Positions 1 to 12,900 are shown, counted from the stretch's first letter. The stretch is 64,000 nucleotides of DNA from Nemertoderma westbladi (GCA_032718475.1 JAUCBJ010008976.1:62001-126000), one strand, 5' to 3'. Numbers and translations: made by a program. Notes: generated by a model from the sequence alone, not told the origin.

Positions 1-3000
1 GTAGGCCTTCTGACCAGTCTCTCCAAGAAGCATTGGCTCTACTCAATGTTGTTAAGAACAGCAAGACAAGAATCCTGAAGTTTGTCCCCCGTGGGGTAAG
101 AGTGCAGGTAGCTAAGAAACTCGACGCTTGTGTCCAGGCTGTCTTATTGTCCAATGATTACCAGTCTTGGTCCAAGCTCCTTCTTATGCCTCACCTTTGC
201 TTGTTGAGACCAGAAAGAGGTGGCCGTAAGAAAAGAGTATCTTTGGCTTCCCTGGTCAATCGACAATGTGCCGCATTTAACTCTACACTGAATGTAGCTG
301 AGTTTGCTGCTAGCTTCCCAAAACATAACACCTCCAAGCGACAAAAGCCACCACCAGGTGACCCTGACAATCAAGCTCAAGCACATCTAGCATCAGCAAT
401 CTCTCAGAAACTGGATGAAGGGGACATCCGGGGAGCGGTTCGTATTGCTACATGTGAGGACACTATAGCTGCTGTTGACCAACAGACTTTCAATGAGCTG
501 CAGGCAAAGCATCCACCATGTCCTACCGACAGACGCCCTTTCCCTGAACAATTGGACCCAGAGCCTATCTTTGTCAGTACCAAGGCAGTAAAGTCAGCTA
601 TTGAAAGCTTCAACCCAGGGTCTGCTGCAGGCCTGTCTGGTTTGCGCCCTCAACATCTCAAGGATTTGATCTCAAAACGCTCTGGTGATTCTGGATTAAC
701 ACTACTGTCTTCCACAACAGCTCTCATTAATGTTTGCCTAGCTGGAAATGTCCCCTTATCTATAAGTCCTGTCCTGGTGGGGGCTTCCCTGACAGCTTTT
801 AACAAGACAGATGGTGGCATCCGTCCGATAGCCATTGGTGAAACACTACGGCGTATAGCCGCAAAATGCGCTTCCCATAAGTTAGCTGAAAAGTTTTCAG
901 ATAAATTTGTACCTCTCCAACTTGGTTTCGGGATCTCTGGTGGTGCAGAAGCTGCTATCCATGCTCTATCAGATTTCATTTCAGTAGCCTCTGAAGAAGA
1001 TGTTGTTGTTAAGCTTGATTTCTCAAATGCTTTCAATACCATCTGTAGGGATCATGTAGCCGAACGCATTGCCATTGAAGCACCAGAGCTACTCCCATTC
1101 TCCCGCCTTTGCTACGAAAACCCTTCATTCCTCCCATTCGGGGATTTCCTTCTGTTCTCAGAGGAAGGATTCCAACAAGGCGACCCTGTTGCTGTTTTTG
1201 GGTTCTGCCTGGGCCTTCACCAGCAACTTGAAGATCTGCAGGCCTCACTCAAAGCAGGATACATTGATGACGTATCAGCTGGTGGAAAGTGGGACCACAT
1301 CCTTGCAGTACTTATCAAGTTCAGGTCTGCTTGTGAGCAAATAGGCCTTTGTCTTAATGTTATGAAATGTGAGGTGACCATCTTCCATAATGATAAGGCT
1401 AGGCATGACCAGATACTGGAAGCCTTCCAGACTGACTTCCCCAACATTAGGGAAACTTTGCCCAGAGACATCCTCCTCCTTGGAGCCCCAATAGGCAAGG
1501 CAGCTATAGAATCTTCATTGAACGATAAGCTTGCAAATCTCACTCTGTTCCAGTCCAGACTTAAGCTCGTTTGCTACCATGATGCGTTCTTCTTGCTAAA
1601 GAACTGTTTGGCAGTCCCTAAGCTGGTCTACTTGCTCCGCACAACACCAACTTTTGCATTCCCTGATGTTCTACGCCGTATTGACAACTGCATTAAAGAC
1701 ACCTTAATAGATGTTACCAATTCGGAGCTTACCCCGTCTATATTCAAGCAGGCCTGCCTACCAGCTCGATATGGAGGACTTGGAATACCACCAATCTCAG
1801 TCATTGCTCCATGTGCATTCCTGTCTTCCACATTAATGAACTGCACACTACGCACAGCTATCTTTGACATCGGCGATGCTCCTCCACTCCCAGAGCGAGC
1901 ACAGGCATTAAAACTCTGGCGCGATTATTCATTGACAAATGAAATTCCCACAAACCCCTCAAGACAACGTAACTGGCTAGAGCCTATTTACTAAACCCAA
2001 TTTGAGGAGCTCATTCACAGTTCTGATAATTTAGCTGTTGCCCGTCTGAAAGGCTGCCGAGCACCAGGATCAGGGGACTGGCTTAATGCTCTGCCGTCAT
2101 GAACTCTTGCGCTTCGCCTCTCAGACAAGGAGTTTGGAATTGCAGTTTCTCTCCGTCTAGGTGTACCTGTATGCTCCCAGCACATATGCATGTGCGGCAC
2201 CTTAGTTGATGAGACTGCAAACCATGCTCTTGTCTGCAAACACACCAAGAGCCGAAATGGTCGCCACCGCCTTTGCAACAACGCAATCTACCATGGGCTA
2301 ATCGCTGCAGAGATGCCTTCAACCCTGGAGCCAATAGGATTATGTAGCTCATCCTGCAAACGCCCAGATGGTTCTACATTGCTGCCTTGGAATAGAGGGA
2401 AGCCGCTAGTGTGGGACTTCACATGTACACACAGATTGGCTGCCTCTTATTCATCTTCTGCTGGACTAGATGGAGCTTCAGTTGCAGACCTGGCAGAGGC
2501 TAGAAAGCTCGATAAGTACAAGGAGCTATCTAATAGTTATATTGTGCAACCAGTTGCATTTGAAACCCTGGGTGGTATTGGCCCATGCTCCTTGGCATTT
2601 CTCCGAGAGGTTGGTAGACGCATTGAGAGTAGCACAGGAAACAAACGTGCCACTGAATTTCTCCGTCAACGAATTGGGATCTGTGTTCAGATCGGCAATG
2701 CCTCCTGCGTGACATAATCTTTCGGTTTGGGTGAAATGGAGGGGTACAGGGAGAGACAGGGGAGACACCTCTAGACCAGACTGCTGATTTACCCTAAACC
2801 CCGTTGCTCTACTTGTTTTTCTTCAGTTTCTCCTAAATTGTAGTAGTCCTATTCTGTTGTTGTTTTATTTTTAATGATATACTGTATGCTTGAGTCTGTC
2901 AAAATATGTTGTTTTATCAGTTTTTCAGTTCTCTAGTTTGTCAAAATTTATTGTTGCTTTATTGGTTCTATAGTTTCTCCTAATTTGTTGTAGTCCTATT

Positions 3001-3122
3001 CTGTTATTATTTTCTTTTAATGATACAATAGTGTTTTACTGTGATAATTATTTTACTATATTTAATTAAAAATTGTTAAACTGTTTCTATAGTTAATTTA
3101 TTTCATTATTTTATTTAATAAA
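1..3122 (+). mobile_element. CRE-clade (restriction-like endonuclease type) non-LTR retrotransposon, decayed; 5' end probably outside the window
   Basis: ORF 33-1994 has RT motifs GGIRPIAIGE, KLDFSNAFN, GFQQGDP, GYIDD and LPARYGGLG. In-frame continuation past stops at 1992 and ~2099 gives a CxC..H...C knuckle (CMCG..NHALVC) and an RPDG..WDFT..E..K..KY restriction-like endonuclease (2190-2717). An AT-rich 3' UTR follows with AATAAA near 3117; the 3' boundary is approximate. Confidence 0.85.
33..2717 (+). pseudogene. RT + zinc knuckle + RLE endonuclease polyprotein of the CRE-like element, interrupted by in-frame stops
   Basis: ORFs 33-1994 and 2190-2717 are in the same frame, separated by TAA/TGA stops; the domain order is typical of CRE elements. 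Confidence 0.85.
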
Positions 3123-3526
3123 TAGAGTTAATATCATTAATTTTTTGAATTAATTTTTTTAGAACTAATAATTATTGTTTATACGTGTGTCGAATTGTGT
3201 GCCTTAACAGCTAAAAGTAGTTCATTTTAATATCTCTGATATCTTTATTATACTTCATACTTCGGCAAAATTCTGCATGGACATACTTTCAACAATGTGA
3301 CACCAATAGAGCAAAATAAACATGTTTATATGTTTGGGGGTATATGTGTTGATAGTAAGTAATATAAATATAATTAGTATTAAATAATTACTTAAATTGT
3401 ATTAATTTTAAAAGCCACCCATGAAATATTTTAATTTTTGTTATTTTTTACATTACGAGACCAACTAAGCTCAATAAAGTAGTTTTCATGAACGAGGTCT
3501 TTTGCCAAAAATCCGTTAACTGTGCA

Positions 3527-4592
3527 ATTGGAACTAAGTTCGCATCATTGGAACTAAATTCGCTAAAATTGGCACTAAATTCGTTTCCATTGGAACTAAA
3601 TTCGCATGAGGCTTAAGAGGAATCTTTCTAGTAGCTTTGTCTGAATTAGAGGGCGATAGTAACTGAAAACATTACAATATCAGGCTCTGGCTCTGTGCTA
3701 ACAGAGCCGGTATATTTGGGTGAATTTATGATTATGTGATTATTATTGATGAGAGAATTTATATTATAGCGTACTAAAAAATCTAAAAAAAAAAAAAAAA
3801 GTGTAAAGTAAATTTCTCATATTTTAAAGAAATTTTACGAATTAAATATATAAACTTGCTACTATTATTACCCATCGAATAGCATAAAAGTAAATAATAA
3901 ATTAATTATTCAAATGTTGCTTCCATTGGAACTAAATTCGCTTGCATCGGAACTACTACTACTAGGATCGGCATGCTGCATTGCAGCTGCATTTTTAAGA
4001 ATGCTGTGCCGGCTTATCGACAAAATTGCACCGCCACAACTCCCTATCACCCATGACATTTGCTAGATCATCCGCATCTTCAAGGCCAGTTTCCTTTAAG
4101 ATGCGTCTCAAGAATGTCATGGGCTGTCCACCATGCTTATTCACTCCATGAGGCTGCCCAAAGTACAAGATTATGCACTGGCTGGTCCTCACGGCGAAAG
4201 CAATGTCCTGCAAAGCGGAGGCGATTTTGTTCTAGTGTCAAGCTTGGGGCAACCAATGAGACACCTCCAATGTTATATAGTGTCTGGTTGGAGAGGTGTG
4301 CATTGTACTTGACACAATGAACCCGGAGTAGCATGCTTGTGAATGTGCCATCCAGAGATTTGGTGTCCTCAGCAGTTAGAGCCCAGCATGGACTTCCATA
4401 GAGGAGTACTGGAACTACTGCTGCTCTAAATAATCGGACCTTAAGTTTCCGATTAATTCTCGGTGACTTCCAAATCCTGGAAAGCCTATTCAAGGTATTG
4501 GAACTAAGTTCGCATCCATTGGAACTAAATTCGTTTTGGTTTTATTCTAGTTATTGGAACTAAGTTCGCTTAAATTGTACTGTAACTAAGTA
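3527..4592. repeat. Dispersed ~20-22 bp repeat ATTGGAACTAA(A/G)TTCG, interrupted by the RTE fragment
   Basis: Copies at ~3527-3605, ~3925-3955 and ~4497-4570. Confidence 0.7.
3953..4495 (-). mobile_element. 5'-truncated RTE-clade LINE fragment (copy 1)
   Basis: Near-identical to 5941-6480 and ends in a (TAG)n tail. It has a 1-bp frameshift relative to copy 2. Candidate TSD with one mismatch: ATCGGAACTA (3946-3955) / ATTGGAACTA (4497-4506). Confidence 0.9.
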
Positions 4593-5278
4593 CGGGGAAT
4601 CGCGTCTCGAAGTTCCCGCACCGGCACCACAGTCAACCTATATGGCACTGGGCTGGATGTCATGGTAAAAATGACGTCGACACAAACCCTGGTTTTGCCC
4701 AATCTGTCGCCAGAAAACGCAAGCTCGCAGCACATGAAGATGAGTGCAGGAAATCAGGAGTTGGATTTACCACTTTGGTTGTGGAGGCCTTATAAAGGCT
4801 GGGACCACCAAACTCCTGTTAGTAATGTGGGTTCATTGAGAATAATATATTTATTATGTCGTAAGTATATGACTACATAATTTACTTACAATTAATTATT
4901 TTGGCCCTGAACAACTCTTCACTCTTCAGAGACGCAGCAAGAAAAATTCCAGAGGCACTGACCAATTTGTGTTACAGAAAATGATAAAGAATGATTCTAT
5001 TATCTTATCCCCTCGCATTTTATAGTGTGCTATGTCGTACAGTTGAGTAAGCGACATTTGGTGTAAAACCGCCTTCAGTGTTAAACGTTCCACTTCGTGT
5101 TGCTGTAGAAACAATAACTGTATGTTTAAAATCGATTATGTTAAAGTAGAGAAACATCGTTGAGTTAGTATTGCATTTAATTTAGATTGATTTAGTCTTT
5201 CTTAGAACAATAAAATGTAAATCTAGCAACGGAAATGTAGTTTGAACTGCAGCTACTTCAACTTCATTAGACAAACGA

Positions 5279-5471
5279 CAGTCAACGTTAGTCAACCGAC
5301 AGCCGACATTTGTCAACCGACAGCCGACATTTGTCAACCGACAGCCGACATTTGTCTACCGACAGCCGACACGAGTCAACCGACAGCCGGCGTTAGTCAA
5401 CCGACAGCCGACATTTGTCAACCGACAGCTGACACGAGTCAACCGACAGCCGACATTAGTCAACCGACAGC
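5279..5471. repeat. 21-bp minisatellite GTCAACCGACAGCCGACA(TTT/CGA), ~9 copies
   Basis: Visible tandem units; same family as 8507-8925. Confidence 0.95.
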
Positions 5472-5941
5472 TTTTGCTGCCAATGCTAACTGTATACAGA
5501 AATCTTATAGTTTCATCGGGTTATTATTCGGTTTCATTGCATATAATATTTGTGCTTCGTATGTATTGAATAGCACACAAAATTGTTTATATTGTTGCCT
5601 AACAACAGTTGTGGTATCACTGGACTCTCATTGGTAACTACCGAAGCCAGTATTCTTGCGTCTTATTGGCTGTTCTATTTTTACCGAACATTGCGTATTC
5701 ATATATAACTGCTGTCAGCCTCTATAGGGCAGGGCTTAACCTTAATAACATCTTAGGTAATTTACATCGATTTTATAGCCTAGTAAGTCACGTTAGTTAT
5801 AGTGGCCTACGATATTTTACCTAATCACTTGTATTAACAACTAATTGCTTGCATTAACAACTAATCATTTGCAATCTATTATTAATGCATTACTTGTTGA
5901 TTAATATATTGGACCATAGATCAAATCAAATCGATTTCCAC

Positions 5942-7458
5942 TACTACTAGGATCGGCATGCTGCATTGCAGCTGCATTTTTAAGAATGCTGTGCCGGCTT
6001 GTCAACAAAATTGCACCGCCACAACTCCCTATTACCCATGACATTTGCTAGATCATCCGCATCTTTAAGGCCAGTGTCCTTTAAGATGCGTCTCAAGAAA
6101 GTCATGGGCTGTCCACCGTGCTTATTCACTCCATGAGGCTGCCAAAGTACAAGATTATGCACTGGCTGGTCCTCACGGCGAAAGCAATGTCCTGCAAAGC
6201 GGAGGCGATTTTGTTCTAGTGTCAAGCTTGGGGGAACCAATGAGACACCTCCAATGTTATATAGTGTCTGGTTGGAGATGTGTGCATTGTACTTGACACA
6301 ATGAACCCGGCGTAGCATTCTTGTGAATGTGCCATCCAGAGATTTGGTGTCCTCAGCAGTTAGAGCCCAGCATGGACTCCCATAGAGGAGTACTGGAACT
6401 ACTGCTGCTCTAAATAATCGGACTTTAAGTTTCCGATTAATTCTCGGTGACTTCCAAATCCTGGAAAGCCTATTCAAGGCTGCCCATGCCTTTCCCTTAC
6501 GTATTCGAAGTTCCTCACCTGACTTCCGGATCCATGATCCCAGGTAACAGAAGTCGTCCACATGCTCAAGCATACCATCCTTGGAGCTTATGCTCATCCG
6601 ATCAGAGACTTGCTGAGGACTTTCAAGGTTAACTGTCAGAATTTTGGTCTTTCTGGAGTTAATAAAAAGACCAACACTAGAAGCAGCATGTTCTAATGAG
6701 CTGAGGAGCCGTTGGGCTCCCTCTAATGATTCTGATAGTACTCCTAAGTCATCAGCAAAGTCTAGATCAGTTAGGTACTTGGCAGGATTTCCTCGACTTC
6801 TGGAGCCAGTAGGTGGAGTTATCATCACCCCATCATCATTATGATGATCTAAGGACATGCGTAGAACATAATCAACCACAATAATGAACAAGAATGGTGC
6901 AAGTGTGTCTCCTTGGAGGACGCCCCATAACACTTCAAATGGTTCTGTGTCACCGTCAACAGTAGACACAAATGTTGTCGAACCATCGTATACTGATCTG
7001 ATTGCTGCAATAATTTCATCAGGAATCCCATATAATGAAAGTATGCTGAACATACGTGAGCGAGAGACTGAATCAAAGGCCTTGAAGAAGTCAACAAAGA
7101 TAACAGCCAGATGCCTGTCTTTCTTTTTTGATAATTCTTCAATTATCCTTCTAAGTGCCAAAATGGGCTCCATGGTCCCACGACCTTTACGGAACCCATT
7201 CTGATTTCCACGGAGCAGTCTCTCAATGGGATCCCTGATGCGATTTAATAGAATCCTATTGTATAGTTTTGCAGCAATCGAGATCAATGAGATTCCCCGA
7301 AAAGAACCATAGAGTGTTAGGTTGCCCTTCTTGGGAACTGGCACCAACTTATTTGTTTTCATTTCTTGTGGGACTCTTGTTGTACGGTACATGTCTACTA
7401 TGATGGGATAGATGAGCTTTAAACACTCAGGTATTTTAAAGACCTCGATTTAAAGACG
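5942..7458 (-). mobile_element. 5'-truncated RTE-clade LINE (copy 2) with 11-bp TSD
   Basis: TSD TCGATTTCCAC at 5931-5941 and 7459-7469; (TAG)n tail; RT ORF inside. Confidence 0.92.
5980..7392 (-). CDS. RTE-type reverse transcriptase, N-terminally truncated (no endonuclease)
   Basis: Motifs RGISLISIAAKLY, QNGFRKGR, FVDFFKAFDS, GVLQGDTLAP, LDFADD, FCYLGS and RLRFAGH. Confidence 0.9.
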   Translation of the reverse strand: MYRTTRVPQEMKTNKLVPVPKKGNLTLYGSFRGISLISIAAKLYNRILLNRIRDPIERLLRGNQNGFRKGRGTMEPILALRRIIEELSKKKDRHLAVIFVDFFKAFDSVSRSRMFSILSLYGIPDEIIAAIRSVYDGSTTFVSTVDGDTEPFEVLWGVLQGDTLAPFLFIIVVDYVLRMSLDHHNDDGVMITPPTGSRSRGNPAKYLTDLDFADDLGVLSESLEGAQRLLSSLEHAASSVGLFINSRKTKILTVNLESPQQVSDRMSISSKDGMLEHVDDFCYLGSWIRKSGEELRIRKGKAWAALNRLSRIWKSPRINRKLKVRLFRAAVVPVLLYGSPCWALTAEDTKSLDGTFTRMLRRVHCVKYNAHISNQTLYNIGGVSLVPPSLTLEQNRLRFAGHCFRREDQPVHNLVLWQPHGVNKHGGQPMTFLRRILKDTGLKDADDLANVMGNRELWRCNFVDKPAQHS

Positions 7459-7856
7459 TCGATTTCCACACGGTGAGTGTAAGTGCGCCTTGTCAGTAAT
7501 AAGATTCGGTTCATTTAATGCGAATGTGTGAGTCCACAGTATTGTTATATTATTCCCAACTAGTAACTATTATTTACCAGCGATGAAAGTGATTCGAGTA
7601 AATCGTGCGCTTACCACACACTAGGCAAAGTAGCATCCTACCTGTGATATATGTAAATCAAACGTACATTTACTAGCCAACAACACAATATAACGGAACG
7701 GTTTACACGTAACTATCGTACCCCTTTGAAGCAGTTTGTAAGTGCTGAGGCCTTATACTTACAGTAACTAATTCTAGATCTCGTTAAGATATATATATTA
7801 GATAATTACAGAAAAAAGAGCAAGTTTGTTGTTGCTGACTTCCGGTATATATAGCG

Positions 7857-8220
7857 GTGAGAAACGGGTCGGGCAAATTCAATATAACCCCAATATTCCA
7901 GTGCTACGGCAGTAACCCGGATATAAGGGAGTCATACGAGACACACCTTCAGAAGTTATTGCGCCCAACATTAAACTCACCTCTCTCCACGGCCGATATA
8001 TACAACAACAACAAAAGAAGGGAATACCCCCCACCGCCCCGCCCACCACTACTGCTCCATTGTTATCAACCGCATCGACTAATGACATAGGGCATTAGTT
8101 ACAACAACGGCCCCTACGACCAATATTGCTAGGGCCCAACCTTTATATATTTCTACAAACTCAAATATTTAATAATAGTCCTGAAGAGGTAATCCGAAAT
8201 GCATTGACTCATTATTATTT
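7857..8220 (+). mobile_element. Penelope-like element remnant (GIY-YIG C-terminus plus pseudo-LTR/3' UTR)
   Basis: The peptide IRESYETHLQKLLRPTLN resembles the E..I....P.LN end of PLE GIY-YIG domains. It is followed by a minimal hammerhead ribozyme, a PLE hallmark. Confidence 0.6.
8171..8216 (+). ncRNA. Minimal type I hammerhead ribozyme (Penelope type)
   Basis: AATAATAGTC-CTGAAGA-GG TAAT CC-GAAA-TGCA-TT-GACT-C-ATTATT: core CUGANGA and GAAA, 2-bp stem II, palindromic stem III AUGCAU, AUU cleavage triplet, stem I AGTC/GACT extended by AATAAT/ATTATT. Confidence 0.85.
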
Positions 8221-8506
8221 AATTTGATCATTTTTACCTTATTTATTAAAAAAAACCGTTTTTACTGTCATAATGTTAACCTAATAATTTAATATAATTT
8301 GACTAATAATATCTATAATTTTTTATTCTCGAATTTCGAAAAACTCGAATTTTGATTGTTTCTCACCGCTATATTAGATAATATATATACCCCCACACTT
8401 GCGTGAGTGTTCATGTTATATGCGGCAGGTATACCGAGGCTTTGATAACACTCATAAGAACTACATAACGGCTTACTAGGCATTTTCAGGTTAGCCTCCC
8501 ATAAAC

Positions 8507-8925
8507 AACAGCCGACATTAGTCAACCAAAAGCCGACACGAGTCAAACGACAGCCGACGTTAGTCATCCGACAGCCGACATTATTCAACCAACAGCTGAC
8601 ACGAGTCAACCGACAGCCGACACGAGTCAAACGACAGCCGACGTTAGACATCCGACAGCCGACATTTGTCAACCGACAGCCAACACGAGTAAAACGACAG
8701 CCGACGTTAGACATCCGACAGCCGACATTTGTCAACCGACATCTGACGCGAGTCAACCGACAGCTGACACGAGTTAACCGACAGCCGACATTGGTCAACC
8801 GACAGCCGACATTGGTCAACCGACAGCCGACATTAGTCAACTGACAGCCGACATTGGACAATCGACAACCGACATTGGACAATCGACAGTCGGTATTAGA
8901 CAACTGACAGCTGATATTAATCGGC
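8507..8925. repeat. 21-bp minisatellite (same family as 5279-5471), ~19 copies
   Basis: Tandem GTCAACCGACAGCCGACA.. units; the 7-aa-repeat ORF 8313-8987 is a by-product. Confidence 0.95.
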
Positions 8926-9080
8926 TGTCGAAAATTAAAAAAACCCATGTTTTTTGGAAGACTTGATGGAAGCCTGAGGAAACCCATGTTTTTTGGAAAT
9001 TTTTCATTAAAAAAGTGGGGAAACTTTATTTAATTAAGAAACGTGCTTGAGGAGAAATTTCTTAAAGCTTATGAAATTAC

Positions 9081-9518
9081 AGTAGTAGGGTCTTGGTCCT
9101 CTCGGCGACACTTAGACCCCACTGACATGGATGTCATATGACACCCAATTATCACCCTATGGGTGTCATTGGGTGTCATTGGCGCCAGACTGTCTGGGTG
9201 ACACCTCCCAATTAGGCTAATTAGACCCTAATTGAAAGGTGTCATCAATTAATTACTACAATTAAACCCTAACAGGTGTCATATGACTCCTAATTAGGGT
9301 TTAATTGATTATCCTAATTAATCAGACTGATTAGCGCCCTGACACACAATGGGCATCAGTGTTGTCTAAGTGTCGCCGAGAGGAGCAAGAGGGTGTCATA
9401 AGTGACACCGCAGCTCTTTTATTCTTTAATACTTATTTATTTATATTTAATTTTAATTAATTATTTGCATTTTATTTTATTCGTATTTAATTCTAAATTA
9501 ATTATTCATTTGTACTTT
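9081..9518 (+). repeat. Left terminal inverted repeat of the Polinton
   Basis: Reverse complement of ~27286-27736. Further TIR-homologous sequence resumes at ~13020-13152, matching ~27173-27283, beyond the LINE insertion. Confidence 0.95.
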
Positions 9519-9883
9519 ATGGGTATACAGCTCCCTTACTGGTAACTAATTACTCCAGACAGCTTTATCGTTGACCTTTGACCTTTGACCCCCCAATTAG
9601 CTTTAACCAAGCAACAGCATATTAATGATAGATGTATCCAAGCGCCCCTGCCCCCACCCCGTGACAGCTCTGATTACTAATTACTCTTACATATATCCAA
9701 CCGCCTGCAGTTCCATAGTCTGCCGCTAGAGGGCGTATTATCTGAAAATTAACATCTTCTCTAACTTTGCTATTTTCAATTTAACTATTTATTTATATTT
9801 AATTTTAATTAATTAATTGTACTTTATTTTACTTTATTTATTCATTTGTAGTTTATTTTAAATTAATTAATTGTATATATTAC

Positions 9884-9887
<4 letters not shown>

Positions 9888-9957
<70 letters not shown>

Positions 9958-12900
9958 GGATTTACACATAGTGTAGGGGTCGCCCCCTGAAATAAAAACG
10001 TAATTCATGGAGACTAACAAAAATATACAATTTAGACTGAGTAGCACTATTAAAATAAAGTCAATCCAGTATTCGTTATCCGAGAAAATTAAAATATATT
10101 TATGTTTAATCCTGTTTGTTCATATGTTGTGCAATGTACGTACTGAAAGTGGTAAATAAAAAATATATGTATACAGCAAGTGATAAAAATATATATACAG
10201 CAAGTGATAAAAATATATATACAGCAAGTGATAAAAATATATATACAGCAAGTGATAAAAATATATATACAGCAACAGCAGGTATATATACAGCAAGTGA
10301 TAAAATTATAAATACAGCAACAGAGCAAGTGATGAAAATATATATACATCAACAGAAGGTACAGCAGGTGATAAAAATATAAATATTTTAGCAAGTAATA
10401 AAATCAAGTGAGTAAGTTGTTAAGGTTCAATATTCGGAGGTTGCAGTTCATCTGTGTACAGTCACAGTTAATTTTCCAACTGCAAGTGATGTCAACATCG
10501 TAATGTTGGTGAAAGTGGGCCCAGAACAGATTCAATAGGCGCGCCTTTAAACCAACGTGATTAAAATACTCTGTCTGAAGGGGAAGCTGATTTGCCAATT
10601 GTGGTGCGCGAAACCAGAAATTTTGCTTTGATATGCACTTTAGGGGGTGTGTGAGATCAAACGAGGGTCGGTTAGCGCTACGAGTGTTTCTTCTGAGGTT
10701 TGTTTGCTTCATCTTTAGATGTGGCGACCAGTCAATGTCGTATTTATTATTTATTATCTTTGACAAGGTTAGTTGGTCGGATAATTGTAAGTATAATGAG
10801 ATCGGTAGAATGTTTAATATTATGAGTCTCTCCTTGTAGGTGTGATCGTCATTACCAATAATCCAGATTGTTGCTCTCCGCTGGATGGACTCGAGTTTGT
10901 GTGCGTCCGTCTTGTTGGCAAACCAACAAGGCGACCCATAGGTTAAGATTGGCAATACCATGGATTTATAGAGGTTTAGCTTGGATTGTACTGGTAGGCG
11001 AAAAGAACTGCTTCTTCGGATCAGGTATAATGTTCTATTTGCTTTACTGCATTTGTCCTTAATGTGGGCGGTCCATGATAAATTTGATGTTATGGTTATT
11101 CCTAAATCCTTCTCTGTATCGACTCGAGATATAGTCCTTGAGTACAATGACCGAGCTTCTATGTCGCCTTTGAAGACTATTTGCTTGCATTTCGGTTCAT
11201 TAAAATCTAGTCCAGCCTCGAGACCCCATGTCACAAGTCGGTCAATATCTAATTGTGTGTTGATGATGGAATCGACATGTGATACTGATAATAATTTGCA
11301 ATCGTCTGCGAGGAGAAATGGTATGCTGACATGACAAACTTCTGGGAGATCATTGCTCTCAACAACAAAGAATAGTGGTCCCAATAGGGACCCCTGAGCC
11401 ATGCCACTGTCGACAGATCGGGGAGTTGACTTCGCGTTTCCGACTTTTACTGACTGTGTTCTTCCTGCTAGGTAGCTCCGGAGGATATACCAGAGATTTC
11501 CGCGGACCCCCATTATCCATAATTTTCGCAGAACGGATTCGTGGCTGACAGAGTCGAACGCTTTCTGGAAATCTAAGTATATTACTTCTACTGTCAATTG
11601 GCCATTATCCGTACCCTTGTAGACATTGTCTAGAAATGTAAGTAATTGTGTGATCGTTGATCTTGACTTCCTAAATCCATGTTGTGCGTCGTGTAACCTA
11701 CTACGTACTTGTTCGTAGATGGGGATAAAGATGCAACGCTCAAATACTTTTCCAGGAATCGCTAAGAGAGATATTGGCCGGTATAAGATTACCTTGATTC
11801 TACTACCTTTTTTATGTTGAGGATTTATTAGTGCATGCTTCCATGCTACGGGGAAGTGGTTTTTTTTTTTCAGCCTCCCGAATAGGAATGACATTGAGGG
11901 TGCTAGTACTTTTGCGAGGGATTTAAATAATGAAGGTGGAATATTGTCTGGTCCACGAGATTTCGTAGCATCTAGAGACGTAAGTATATTCTCCACTGTG
12001 TCAACTGACACGTCGTAGTCGTGTGTCGTGTTCAAGCTTTCAGAGTTTGTGTCGTTAAGTGGTGGTTTTATATCGCTAGTAGGTATTCGCGGGGATTTAA
12101 AAACGGAATGGAAGAACTCGTTAAATAGATTAGCCTGATCCTCATGAGTGGATGCCGTACGATTCTCGTATTGTACTACTGGTGGCAGTGAACAAGACCT
12201 CCGTAGGCTTTTGAAATATTTGAAGAGATGTTTCATTGAACGGGTGTCCGCTAGCTGCATCTCGTACTTTGTTTGGTCAGCTAAAATATCATTTTCAACT
12301 TCTTCCTGTAACCTTTCCATCTTAACCTGAAGGTTTAATGTTGGCGATATCTTTGAAGCAATTTTACGCTGGAGAGTGTGTAATTTATTTAACTTATGTG
12401 AGGTTTTTTGTGTCACCCATGGTGGTTGCGAGGCACGATGCGCTGTTCGTTTAGGAACACAGTTGTCGATAACATTATTCAGCCATTGATACCATTTATT
12501 AACTAGATCCTCACAATCGGTCATATTGTACGATTTTTCGTCAAATGGCCGAGATTCACAAATCTGGGTCGCCTTCAGTGTATCTATTTTACAAAAACTA
12601 TAATGCAACAAGGGATTGGACTGGATCGGCTGCCGTGTTTGCTTTGCAGCATTACATTGTGAGTTTAAAATAACCAGGACAGGGTCATGGTCTGACTTGA
12701 TTTCAACTGCCTGTAATTGTCTAGATAGGTTGTAGTCAATCTCAATGTTGAGAATTGTATTGTCTGTTAATGATATGAAAACGTCAAGCGTATTAGCTCC
12801 CCGTGTAGGAAAATTTATGTGTTGTTTAAAGTTGTGTTTGTCAATAGCGTATAAAATGTCCTTCTCATAGTTATCTGTAGAAAAGTGAGACTCCCAATCT

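Noticed and set aside
144-2768. Numerous short antisense or overlapping ORFs over retroelement genes, here and throughout the window
   Set aside because: They are shadow ORFs with no motifs.
5242-8987. ORFs with 7-aa repeats (QPTADIC / CRLTNVG)
   Set aside because: They are by-products of a 21-bp minisatellite that is open on both strands.
10089-10394. Cys/Ile-rich and TASDKNIY repeat ORFs
   Set aside because: They are translations of the 24-bp repeat in the LINE 3' UTR.
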